This document shows positions 50,317 to 62,185 of a stretch of DNA of 64,000 nt, piece after piece. Every line of letters starts with the position of its first letter. The stretch's first letter is position 1. The notes below the pieces were generated by a model. It made no database searches. It was not told where the DNA came from and saw only the letters and a program-made list of their open reading frames with translations. Made by a program: the position numbers and the translations under genes. Source of the stretch: Chiloscyllium plagiosum. Taxonomy: Eukaryota. The stretch spans positions 69,885,468 to 69,949,467 of the forward strand of contig NC_057726.1 of the NCBI RefSeq assembly GCF_004010195.1. Reading direction: 5' to 3'.

Positions 50317-50769
50317 CTGAATGGAAAATAACACAGACTGGGTAAGTCAACTTTTCATCTTCTGCAAAAATGTACTTGTTAAGTGACCAAAACAACATAC
50401 TTCCAGCATGCCAGTTGCATGAATTTTTTTATGGACAGCACTTGAAAATAACGTTACATTTATCACATTAAAATATCCTAAAATCCTTTCAAAATATCTT
50501 CTGCGTTTATAGGAAAATGAGTTTTCAGGCTTTGTCCTGACTTAATAATAAGAATACAATAGAATCATTAAAGTGCACCTTTCTTTGCAAACATGATGAT
50601 GAATTTGACCTGGATACTGGGAATTTAGCAAAAACCATCCAAGTGATGGGACTGAGGATTTGGCTGTTCCCATGAGTTAAGGGACATCGAAAATGCATAA
50701 TATTGCAGATATTCATCCTGTCCCTCTGGGTTCAAATGCAAAACAAAATACATTAAAGTATTTCAATGA

Positions 50770-51590
50770 ATATCTCTGCAAAAGCCAATTGCAAAAATCG
50801 GAACCAACCCATGACCAAATGCAGCAAGAATTGTTTGAAAGTAACATTCATGCAACACAAATGCCAGGTAAACACTATCTCCAAGAACAGACAATCTAAC
50901 TATCAACGCTTGATATTCAATGGAATCACTATCAGTGAATCCCCAACTATTGACATTTTGGGGGTTACCACTGAGCAGAAACTGAACTGGGTTAGCCATA
51001 TAAATAGAACCGTATGTCAGAGACTAGGAATACTGCAACAAGTAACTCAGCTGCTGACTCCCCAAAACCTGTGCAGCATTTACAAGCCACAGGAGAGGGG
51101 TGTGTTGGAATGCTCCCAACTTGCCTGTATACCTGCAGGTCCAGGAGCACTCAAGACGTTTGACACCATCCGCTTAAAAAGCTGCCCACTTTATTGGCAC
51201 TGCAGTCAGTCACTCCACCACAGACACTCAGTAGCAGCAGTGTATACCATCAAGATTTACTGCAGAAATTCATCAAAGATCCTGAGAAAATACCTACAAA
51301 ACCCAAAAGCACTAACATCTAGAAGGGCAAGGGCAGCATGTCTATGAGAACACCACCATCTGCAAGTCTCTCCCAAACCACTCAACATTCTGACATGGAA
51401 GCACATCAATATTCCTTCACAATCACTGGGTCAAAATCTTGTAAATGTCTCCAAAATAGCATTTTGGGCTATTTGCAGCACATGGACTGCAGCGATTTTA
51501 TGCAGCTCCCCACCACTTTGTCAAGAGCAACTAGGGACAGTCAATAAATGCTGGACCAGCTAGCAACACCCATGTCCCAGAAGTGTTTTT
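50770..51590 (+). mobile_element. CR1/L2-superclade LINE 3' end (different family), decayed
   Basis: IDILGVT.EQKLNWVSHI..QRLGILQQV..SIYKPQ.RGVLE; 3' tail caataaatgctggaccagctagcaacacccatgtccc. Confidence 0.75.
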
Positions 51591-51750
51591 TAAATACATA
51601 GCAGATCAGAAAATTTGTAGTGCCAGTGGTTTTCCAAGGTTTCAATATTCTTGAACATATTTCATTTTAAATAAGTGCAATTATTTAACACTATTTGTCC
51701 AAATCTAATAATTGTTGTTTGTTTTTATCTTTTTCTGAGGTGATATTTAC

Positions 51751-52060
51751 CATAAACAGTAAGCTGTACATTAGTTTCTTTCCCAATCGTTCGCTGTTCG
51801 GACTTGACTGCACAGATATATGTTCCAGCGTCCTGGACAGTCACATTCAGAAGATTAAAATAGGCTGCTCCTTTAACTATACGGAAGAACTTTCTGCTAT
51901 CCTCCTGCAGAAAGGTCTTATCACCTTCTCTCCACCAGTAAGCGATAACATTTGAATGATCGATTTGGTAGGAGAAATAGCATGATAGCTGTTGAACCTC
52001 TCTGCGCCGTTATCAGTTTAAGATCCGGCTTCACTTTGGCTGAAATACCCCCAGCAGTAC
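51751..52060 (-). CDS. IgSF receptor V-set exon (frameshifted)
   Basis: GTAGGISAKVKPDLKLITAQRGSTA /shift/ SCYFSYQIDHSNVIAYWWREGDKTFLQEDSRKFFRIVKGAAYFNLLNVTVQDAGTYICAVKSEQRTIGKETNVQLTVY: B-strand C, C-strand W, DxGxYxC. Confidence 0.85.
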
Positions 52061-52354
52061 CTGTCAACCAAGGATGCACACCGAGATTAAACAGAAAAAC
52101 GGTCTGCACCACCCAAATAACATCATTATTCCACACTATTGATGCAATAGCATTTTACCGTATTTAATGTTCGACTAATTCTCCAATTTTTTAAACTATT
52201 GTCTGAAATAAATGTCATATTTTCTTCCCACAAACGCAGTAAATGAATTCTGTGAACATTTGACTTGACAAAAAAACAACATTAATACATTTTATCGTTT
52301 TTTTAAATCCAGATTAACTTTAAATTACATTGTGTCTTGATTATGAACAGTTAA

Positions 52355-53926
52355 TACACAGCAAACGAAATATGTACCTGCACACAAGATGCACCGCAGA
52401 CAGACATCCCATAGTGAACAATCCTTAGACATACTGGCAGGAAAAATATGAGACCATCAGTTGTGACTGAGATCAGGATAGACAAATGCCTCTTAAACGT
52501 TGCTCTTTGTCCCTCATTGAACCACATATATGCGTGTGAGTCAATGAGCACATGACTATTTGTTCAATGAGTGAATAAAAAATCATGCCTTTCCAAATAA
52601 GATCCGCTCTTTTTGTGACGGGAAACCACCACAAAACATTATGACATTCGAGAGAGTACACTGAAGGTATTCTGGAAGCAGTTGCTGCAACCTAAAAATG
52701 TGGCTGAGAAACGATTGGATGGAATGATACATTTGCCACTGAAATTGGGATGCACAAAACTGAGGTAGGCTGAGAAATTATGGATGGGGAAGAGATCCTT
52801 AGCCTTCATTTTGAGGTCAGTGATTGGTGGATATAGATTTAAAAAGATTGGAAGAAAAGCTTAAGGGGAGATGACGAAACAGTTTATCCCAGAGTGTGGT
52901 AGCTATCTAAATTCTCTGGTCTGAAAGAATATTACAGGCAGACAACTTTGACTCTTTCACAAGTTATTTTTGTTTGGATGTGCACTTGAAGTGCTGCAAT
53001 CTGCAATGCTTCGCACTAAATCCTCCATAGTATGATTTGTTGTGTTGGCCTTTTGTTTGGCTGGTTTTGCTGGTTTGCTTTTGGTTTTCAGCGTTGTTAA
53101 CATTTTAAAACAAAATCATTTTATGAAGCAGCCCACTGTAATTGTAGCAATTTGAAGTGCATGAAGACAAAACTACTGCTAAACTCTGTATTGCAAGCAC
53201 GAAAACAGGGCACAATGATAAACCTCTCACTGCTGTTTTGTAAAAAACTGAGCAGCAATGTCAGATAAATCTGCTAAAATTCCATTTCTTATTACTTTTT
53301 CGGCTCTACATATTAGTATCATGTCTTTGACATTATTTCTCTCAATCTATGTGCAGGCTTTTCTCAATTATTCTTGGCTATGTAACCCGGCGGCACGGTG
53401 GCACAGTGGTTAGCACTGCTGCCTCACAGCGCCAAAGACCTGGGTTCAATTCCCGACTCAGGCAACTGACTGTGTGGAGTTTGCACATTCTCCCCGTGTC
53501 TGCGTGGGTTTCCTCCGGGTGCTCCGGTTTCCTCCCACAGTCACAAAGATTAGGTGAATTGGCCATGCTAAATTGCCCGTAGTGTTAGGTTAAAGGGGTG
53601 AATGTAGGGGTATGGGTGGGTTGCGCTTCGGCGGGTCGGTGTGGACTTGTTGGGCTGAAGGGCCTGTTTCCACACTGTAAGTAATCTAATCAAACCCCTT
53701 TTCACCAATCACTCTCAAATGAAGATATTCACGACTTTACCAAGGACTAGAAAAACACCAGACTGGTGTAAGCCATATTCTAGGAGTTATAAAATAACTG
53801 ATATTGATCACAAATTTAAAATTGAGAAGTGCTTGATCTGCTTGTTGGATTAGTGTGTTAAATTACAAATCTAATTCTTGTAATTTGTGACATTGTTTCT
53901 TTAACTGATGTGACATACAAGCTGAT
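52355..53926 (+). repeat. Segmental duplication, copy B (with extra SINE)
   Basis: Matches 40520-41785. Confidence 0.95.
53389..53692 (+). mobile_element. HE1-like V-SINE inserted after the duplication
   Basis: Absent from copy A (tatgtaacccctttt); aaccc flanks both sides here. Confidence 0.95.
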
Positions 53927-54574
53927 TATTCAATGATCGTTTTCCCCCTTATTGTTCTGGAGCTTCTGCAGCCTTCTTTCCTATGTTCTGCATTAATTTT
54001 GTCAAGAAAATGTCTCATCATGAGGAAACCGCATTGAGTATTATCTGTCTCGGGAATCCATCAATTCCATAACAATACAAGGATCCTGGAAAAGGGATGA
54101 ATTTGGGAATTAGCAATTGTGATCCGTTTTGCACAGAGATGTTAAGAAGTATATTTATCATGATATGAATGTTTTCAGTTTAAAGCTATAACAGATGCAC
54201 TATTAATATGTGTTATTCATATTCATTCACTGTCTGTGAATCCCTATTAATCACTATCTAGATTAGTTATTTCATTCTGAAGTGCTCTGATAATTTAAGA
54301 GAATATGTTTGCTGATCAAATGTGCTATTTTGTCCTGGGCAATACCATTCTCCAGAGTTGTGTTGCAGCTGCTGTCATCCAGGTAATGGCAAGTGGAAAT
54401 GTTCCATAAAAATATGTAATTGTACTCCTTGGATAGAAGGCAGACATTCCTGAGACATGATATGGATCACCCCACGTTAGAACAGTGATCTTCTGAGTTG
54501 CTCCTGGATCCAAATTACCTATCCCTTTCCTAGTAGCACATTGGATGGGCCTGAACTACACTGACTGCACGAGA

Positions 54575-55012
54575 GAGTCTGAGAGTCATACAGACCCTTT
54601 GGTCCAACCAGTCCATGCTGAACATAATCCCGATCTAAACTTGTCCTACTTGCCTGCTCCCAACCCATATCCCCATAAACATTTCTTATTTACATATTTA
54701 TGCTAAGGTCTTTTAAATGTTGCAATTGTACACACACCCACCACTTCCTCAGGAAGTTCACTCCACACGTGAACCACCCTCTGTGTAAACAACTTTCTCC
54801 TCCCGTTTTTTTAAAATCTCTCTTCTCTCACATTAAAAATGTGTCCCTTAGTCTTGAGATCTGTAATCCTAGGGAAAAGACAACTACAGTTAACTCCATC
54901 TATACCTCCATTAGTTAAGAAACTTCTCTATAAGGTCATTTCGTAACCTCCTATGCTCCAGTGAAAAAGGTCCCAGCCTTTCTTTACAACTCAAGCCTTC
55001 CATCCTGCCAAC
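54575..55012 (-). mobile_element. CR1 LINE 3' end, decayed
   Basis: cagaccctttggtccaaccagtccatgctg 3' UTR antisense and RT C-terminal remnant. Confidence 0.75.
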
Positions 55013-57182
55013 AGTTCACTTCCAGTTTCGTAAGGCTACCTAAATGTGAGTAATAAATAATGTGATCAGTGATTTACATGTTGGATTGAAAAATTCCTGA
55101 ATTGCATATGACCATATTCAGGAGAACAACTGTCAAGTATATAGGTTATAGCCAAGATTGTCTTGGAGAGAATTCAAGTTTTAATTCTCCAGCTGAGAAT
55201 TGATATATGCAAGCTATGTTTTATCAGTTAACATATCTTCTACTACTGGAGACCATGTGGACTGAATTAACTTGTCTTCAGCATTACGATTGCGATGTGT
55301 GGTCTTTCCAGGTGTTGCAATGTTGCAGCAATGCATGGCTTTTCTGTGAATTGTTGAAGTTTAAAATCTCTTTTAAGTCATGGGATTTTAATCATTATTT
55401 TACCCCACTGTTAAAAACATGACGTCTCCTCCTGTCATGCGTGTGCTTTGTTATTTTTCATCAAGCAATAAATGTGACACGTTTGACTGCAGAAATATGG
55501 TTGCTGCACTTGTGGTCAGATCATTTAACAATGTGCAAGTGGAAAGAGAGGTAGCAACTCTGCAGTTCAATGATAAAATATGTAAGTAACTGAAATCTAA
55601 AACATTTCAAAGTTTGGCTGTTCAGTAAGACTATTAGTAAATTAAACAAGTATGTTCATAAACGAATATGTGTTTCATGCGTTGAGATCACCTGTAGAAT
55701 ATTTCAACTTGCTGATACACTCAATTGAATGATAAGTGTTACACAATCCACTGACATGTAGGTGGCTCCAGGTTGCACACTTTGTCAGCAAAATAACAAA
55801 CCAATCCACTGCTCTCAGTTACCTCAAGAGTCAGACTACCTTGATGGAATGACTTTAACTTACATGTGTGTACCTGCATGTCAACATGTAGTGTATTTAG
55901 AAATGCAGAAAGTAGTTTTCAGTAAAGAATAACTTTTTGTTATTTGAACAATATTTGAAGAAATAATTGCCTTTCAGGTATCTAAGAAATATTTCTTGGA
56001 CCAAATTCATCATTGGTGAATGCCCAGTTTGAGGATCACTAAATTATACTGTAGTAAAACATATAGGAAAAGAAAGCATCATATAAGCAAGTACAAGTTA
56101 CATTTATTCATTCACTAACAAAAGGACAACCATTGGGAACTTGCATGAAGCTCAGTTCTTTCAGACTCTGGATACTCGGAATCTGGGTCCAATTGGGATG
56201 CCTGGAAATAGTGACTCACTGACATGTTACTTGGCGATGAAGTTTCCATTTCCGGTGGGAAGTCACTTGATGCCTAAAGCCCTCTGAAAGAATTCACAAT
56301 CTGAATAGTAGTCGAGAATTCAGAGGGCTCTGAGTAACTTACCTGTTCTGAAGAACAGTCTTAGTGGGCGGGAATGTTAACTCTGTTTCTTTCTCTTTCG
56401 ACAGATGCTGCCAAACATGCTGAGATTCTCGAGCATTATCTCTGTTTGTTACTTACCTGTCACTTGTTATTATATGGAAGCATTTGAGGCTAAAACTTCA
56501 AAGGCTTTCAAGAAAGATGCCAGTGTAGTTCTTAAGGGATCATTGGATACGGGGAGAAAGTAGGAACAGGGTACTGAACTGGATGTGTAGCTATGATCAA
56601 ATAGAATCACCCAGACTCGAAGAGCTGAATGGCCTGCTCCTGCTCCAATATGCCATGTTTCACAAGGAAAAACAAGTATCAGAATAAACCTTGCATTATC
56701 TCCAAGTTAATGAAAATCTGACCCCTGTTGAACAGACCCCATCCCACCCTGCTGGGCAGTCCACTCCTACTAGATCAGTTTAACTTAAACCACCCTCAGA
56801 AACTGATACTCACCCGTAGGAACTAAGCACTACACTAAACACTGCCACCACAGACCTATGCACCTGACCCTATCCAACCCATCTTCCCGTCTCATTCAAA
56901 TACTGACTCTGACTGGTCCTCATCAACTTTTCCCTACAACTCCTCAACCACCTACCAAAACTACCCAATGCATTTGCTACTCTGCAACACCCTACAAAAA
57001 CCAAGACAAATTTTATCTCCACATACTTTGATTGAAGATTTCTCTTTTTGATGGGAAGATACTGTTATTTGAAGTTAGATTCAGAAGTTGTTTTGACTTC
57101 TGTTGTTGAATATTTGGATGCTGCTTGCCAAAATGGACTAATCATAAAAAGCTCTCAGAGAGAATGAAGGATACTATTTTTT

Positions 57183-57494
57183 TTAGATTAGATTAGATTA
57201 CTTACAGTGTGGAAACAGGCCCTTCGGCCCAACAAGTCCACACCGACCCACCGAAGCGTAACCCATGCATTCCCCTACATTTACCCCTTTACCTAACACT
57301 ACAGGCAATTTAGCATGGCCAATTCACCTGACGTGCACATCTTTGGACTGTGGGAGGAAACCGGAGCACCCGGAGGAAACCCACGCAGACACGGGGAGAA
57401 TGTGCAAACTCCGCACAGTCAGTTGCCTGAGTCGGGAATTGAACCCAGGTCTCTGGTGCTGTGAGGCAGCAGTGCTAACCACTGTGCCACCGTG
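57183..57494 (-). mobile_element. HE1-like V-SINE, full-length
   Basis: Reverse complement of the 29646 copy with (AGATT)n. Confidence 0.95.
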
Positions 57495-57904
57495 ACTTTG
57501 CATTTGTCACATCACTATTTATGACTCAGTGTAGCTTTCTGCACTACTGCAGTCCCTTGCTGCTTTCCCTTCGTCTCCTCAACCTGTTGCAAACCGAACT
57601 GGAATACTGTTTAAAATGGTGCTTCAACTCATACACAGATCAAATTTAAGATTGCTGGCATGGTACATTTTTATGATTTTTTTGTTTCAGCAAATAAAGT
57701 TAATTTTATACTGGAAATCTGTACAGACTCCTTATTCTAGTCTGTGGTCTGTCCCAGAAGCATTTAATTCTCATAACTGTAAGAACTAATTCATTTGTTC
57801 AAATGTCAAGCAAATTCCCAGTTAACTCCTTTGTGGTTGATGTCGACATTGCATCAGTCTGTCTTGGTGAAAAGAATCACCAGTTACTTATTTATTATTT
57901 AACC

Positions 57905-58142
57905 AGGATGACTGTCTGGGTGGAGTTTGCACATTCTCCCCGTGACTGCGTGGGTTTTCTCCACGTGCTCCGGTTTCTTCTCACAGGTTGGGTGAATTAG
58001 CCACGCTAAATTGTCCATAGTATTCAGGAATGCTAGGGGAATGGGTCTGGGTAAGATACACTTCGGAGGGTCGGTGTGGAATTGTTCGGCCCAATGGCCT
58101 GTTTCCACACTGTAGGGATTCTATGATTTCTAAGATTCTATG
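57905..58142 (+). mobile_element. HE1-like V-SINE, 5'-truncated and diverged
   Basis: gggtggagtttgcacattctcccc..ggcctgtttccacactgtagggattctatg. Confidence 0.85.
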
Positions 58143-58263
58143 AATTAGAGAAATCAAAAATGTGTTCTAACTGAGCTCGCAACTGAAAATCCCAAATTAT
58201 CAGATACTCTGCAACATCCTGCCCCAGACAAGACACAACCAGCTTCCCTGCCCCAAAGAACCC

Positions 58264-58265
<2 letters not shown>

Positions 58266-58297
<32 letters not shown>
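58266..58297 (+). repeat. (GA)n microsatellite
   Basis: gagagaga run. Confidence 0.95.
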
Positions 58298-58299
<2 letters not shown>

Positions 58300-59452
58300 C
58301 AGTGGATGAGTGCCATGCCTCTAGGAATTCCCTGGCTGTTCTCTGTTTGGCTTGTCCTATAATTGTAGTGTTGTCCCAGTCGAACTCATGTTGCTTGTCA
58401 TCCACGTTTGTGGCTACTAAGGATAGCTGATCGTGTCGTTTCGTGGCTAGTTGGTGTTCATGGATACGGATCGTTAGCTGCCTTCCTGTTTGTCCTATGT
58501 AGTGTTTTGTGCAGTCCATGCATGGGATTTTGTACACTACGTTGATTTTGTTCATGCTGGGTATCGGGTCCTTTGCGTGGTGAGTTGTTGCCTGAGAGTA
58601 GCTGTTGGTTTGTGTGCTGTTATGAGTCCCAATGGTCGTAGTAATCTGGCTGTTAGTTCAAAAATGTTCTTGATGTATGGTAACATGGATAGTCCTTTGG
58701 GTAGTGGCATGTCCTCATTCCGTTGTCTTTCCCTTAGGTCATCTGTTGATGAACTACGAAAGTAACCAACCCTACACACACAAAAAAAATTGCATCAAGA
58801 CACTGTTCAAAAGGGCCAAAATACACTGCAGCACACCAGAACTGCAAAAAGGGGAAGAAGAACACCTATACAATGTATCTGCCAAAAACGGATACCCCCT
58901 CAAAGTTTGTGAGAAGATTTGTAGCTCGGGTGCTCGTTGCTGTGGTTCTATTCGCTGAGCTGGAAGTTTTGTTGCAAACGTTTCATCCCCTGTCTAGGTG
59001 ACATCCTCAGTGATTGGGAGCCTCCTGTGAAGCGCTTCTGTGGTGTTTCCTTCGGCATTTATAGTGGCCTGTCCCTGCCGCTTCCGGTTGTCAGTTTCAG
59101 CTGTCCGCTGTAGTGGCCGGTATATTGGGTCCAGGTCGATGTGTTTGTTGATGGAGTTTGTGGATCAGTGCCATGCTTCTAGGAATTCCCTGGCTATTAC
59201 AGGGCAAGCCAAACAAAGAACAGCCACAAACTCCATCAACAAACACATTGACCTGGACCCAATATACCGGCCACTACAGCGGACAGCTGAAACTGACAAC
59301 CAGAAGCGGCAGGGACAGGCCACTATTAATGCCGGAGGAAACACCACAGAAGCGCTTCACAGGAGGCTCCCAAGCACTGAGGATGTCACCTAGACAGGCA
59401 AGGAAACGGTTGCAACAGAAACTTCCAGCTCGGCGAACAGGACTACAGCAAC
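58298..59452. mobile_element. Rearranged Penelope-like element (second GIY-YIG type) with a ~228 bp fold-back of terminal repeats
   Basis: Minus NVVYKIPCMDCTKHYIGQTGRQLTIRIHEH..REFLEAWH; plus NCIKTLFKRA..KNGYP; 58936-59163 is inverted to 59224-59452. Confidence 0.9.
58974..59013 (-). ncRNA. Minimal hammerhead ribozyme motif (mirror copy at 59374-59413, +)
   Basis: CA-CTGAGGA-T-GTCACC tagaca GGGGAT-GAA-ACGT-T-TG; + copy GCA-CTGAGGA...GAAACGGT-TGC. Confidence 0.55.
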
Positions 59453-59499
59453 GGATACCCCCTTTTTGTTTTACATTCAATTGTTGTTTCTCCAACGTT

Positions 59500-61379
59500 T
59501 TCCTTTAAGCTTCACCCCCAAAATTCGCAAGCATCATTCCTGAGACTTCATCCATCTTGGTCTCACTCATCCCCTCATTATTTAAGAGATAAAGTTCCTC
59601 TGCCTGATTCCTTTTTAGGGGTATCTGTTTCATTAAGTCATTGGTTGAACCTTTGTATACAGGGCATGATGCAACAGCCAATGGCCACCAATACCCCAGC
59701 TACTATTATTAGAGAAGTAAGGATGGAGATCACCACCCCCTTCCATTTTCCAAACCATAATTCAAGCCATCCCGTGAGAGATGTGTCTACTTCTGAATTT
59801 TCAGCCAGTTCCTCTGCTAAGGTAGAAAATCCCCTTAAGGTCCGATTAATTGAACCATTAGGTGCAGTGTTATTAGGAATAAAAGTACAACAGCTTCTTC
59901 CTAACGTCACACACACACACACACACCTTTCCCGCTAAAATCATATCAAGGGCCATTCTGTTTTCCTATACCATCCTACCTGTCGCATCAAGCTGTTCTG
60001 ATATTCCTTTAACCGTATCTCTTCTATAATTTATAAATCGCTGTTGATTATAGAAAATGTAATTTGTCCAATCTACATTTTTATTAACTGTTACCCACCA
60101 AAAGAGAGCTGACTCAAAGCCTGCTGCAAGCTGGTTGCGAGCCTTGAACTCATCAGGTACCCCACTAGGGACTCCTATAGATTCGAGATAAATCCTGTCA
60201 TCGAAAGAAGTACCTAACAGTGATCGCTTACTCCTTCCTTTTTTCCCTACTATCTTTTCCTTCTCAAATGCCAGGGTAAATGGAATTGCCAATTGTACAA
60301 TTACACATATCCCTCTCCAATCTGGAGGTAGGGTTGGTCTCAATACTTTGCCTCCACAGTACCACCACAGATCCACTCAGGGAACCTTCAGTGCTGAGTA
60401 GTTATCCTTATCCTTTTCGGTGACATTCTTAACTTCTGTACATAATTTCTGCTCCCCCAAGTCTCTAGACGATTTGGACCTTGCCTATGTACTCACGACG
60501 CGTGATTTCCGATTGTGGCTGAACACATGGGTGGAAGTGGTGCTGTTCAGTCTTCCTTCTCTTAGGGAGGGATCATCAGAGATAGGGAGGTGCAGTTCCT
60601 ATCATTCCATGCAGTCTCATCCTGATACAGGGCTATCATACATTCCTGTCTCGCTTCCATCCGAGCAGAAAGGGGACAACCTGGGCCACTGGTCTACTGG
60701 AGGCACATGCATCACAATTGCTTTTATTCAAACTTTCTATTGTGTACTTTACCCATTCTACCCAAGCATTTGTATCTCCGTAGTCAGTTTCTATTTTGAT
60801 GGTCTATTTCAAGTCCTTCACCACTGTAATTTTTACCACTTTAGGGTCATCGGGAGGGGTGAACGGTTGTATCTTATTATCCAGTTGTTCTGCCTGTTTT
60901 CCCTTTCCTTCGCTAATTCGAGAACAAAAGCCCGAGAAATCATTCCCGTTTGTTTACATTTCTATCCCAAATGTTTCATTTGATTGTATCCGATAGGTGC
61001 CCCCCAGCCCCTCCCACTCCCCACCCCCCCACAGAGTTGTTTCGTGCCTTGTGGTTTTCTTTATCATTAGGTGTATTGGGTTACACTTTTTATCGGGACA
61101 ATCGAAAGCTGCTTGGAAGGGGGCCCGGTGTACTGTGATGAGACCATTATACCAAGTATCATCCCCAAGGCCATTCCCGTAGGAGTTAAGATGTACCTCT
61201 GAGCTGTGGTGCTGTCTTTGATTATCTCTATCCCCACGATTTACTAAGCTGCATGTATCGGCATCTATTACTTGCAGATTATCAGACTTAGGGACCGTTA
61301 ATAACACATATGAAGACAATGTTTGACAAAATCCCAATAATAAGAGAACTAGTATCATAACCTTAAGCATCCCCAACAT
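59500..61379 (-). pseudogene. env: env pseudogene, copy 2
   Basis: MLGMLKVMILVLLLLGFCQT signal; DLWWYCGG; furin site RSKR; GVPDEFKARNQLAAGFESALFWWV..NQQRFIN; ENRMALDMIL; CVTLGRSCC; TM helix; multiple frameshifts. Confidence 0.92.
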
Positions 61380-61469
61380 TCTTAAAATCGTGCTGAAGCA
61401 CCGAGAGACTTAATATACAATCCCATAGAAATAATCCCGCGCTCACGTCGCCACTGTATAATCGGTTAC

Positions 61470-62185
61470 TCAAAGTCTCTTTAGCCTGAGTTTCAGTGGT
61501 TCTTGTGTTGATTCGGCTGTCCAGACTTCTTCCTCAACTGGAGATTCCACTGGCCCTTTGATCCGAGTGTAGTGAGTCCATTCCTTTCCCCGCCATTCTT
61601 ATCACTGTTTCAGTGGTCAAAAGAGCCTGATACGGCCCTTCCCAGTCCAGTTGCAATTTAGTCTCTGTCCATGATTTTACTAAGACCCAATCTCCCTGTG
61701 AAATCAGATGAACAGCAAATTCAAGGGGCGGAGTCTGTGCCAATAAACCCTGTTTCCTGAGGAAAGACAAAGAGGAGGACAGGCCCAGTATATAGTTCTT
61801 TAAGAACACGTCTTTACTTTCGGGAATTGGCAGTGGCCAGAGGATATGCCTCCACCCATCCGGATAAATGATCAGCTATTACCAACGTATACCTCAGTCT
61901 TCCTACTCTGGGTAGTTCAGTATAATCTACTTGTATACTCTGGAAGGGTCGCAATCCCAGGTTTCTTCCTCCCGGGACTTGTTTCCTTAACACTTTCTTA
62001 TTTACTTTTATTTTGCACGTTATGCATCCCTCACATATCTGTTTGGCTATCATATATATCCCTTTGCATCCATATTTCCTTAAGACATTACTTGCACTCC
62101 CCAGTGGCTCCCCTGATGTAAGTTTCCGACTATCCTCTACCAATAGGGCTGTTGCTGCCATTGCCTGCACACACGCTGACCAGTA
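61470..62185 (-). pseudogene. pol: pol remnants (connection fused to integrase N-terminus, then integrase C-terminus)
   Basis: AMAATALLVEDSRKLT|..CEGCITC..QVDYTE..DHLSGWVEAYP|..GDWVLVKSW..WEGPYQALLTT. Confidence 0.9.

Larger units (their letters stand above)
45028..52060 (-). pseudogene. Ig-superfamily membrane receptor gene, V-C1-TM-cyt (SIRP-like architecture), frameshifted in the V exon; leader exon not located
   Basis: Five exons with canonical AG/GT and compatible phases: 52060-51751, 50316-50011, 49150-49037, 48664-48618, 45156-45028. Confidence 0.82.

Noticed and set aside
49997-50398. C1 ORF as an Ig, TCR, IgNAR or MHC constant region
   Set aside because: Upstream V exon includes its own G strand and splices directly, no RSS or J segments seen, and the tail is long and ITIM-like
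56095-56135. Possible leader exon of the IgSF gene (minus strand MVVLLLVNE*)
   Set aside because: Stop precedes the candidate donor and the peptide is too short; not supportable
59500-61379. Domesticated syncytin-like env
   Set aside because: Broken into several frames with stops and a microsatellite; no intact ORF
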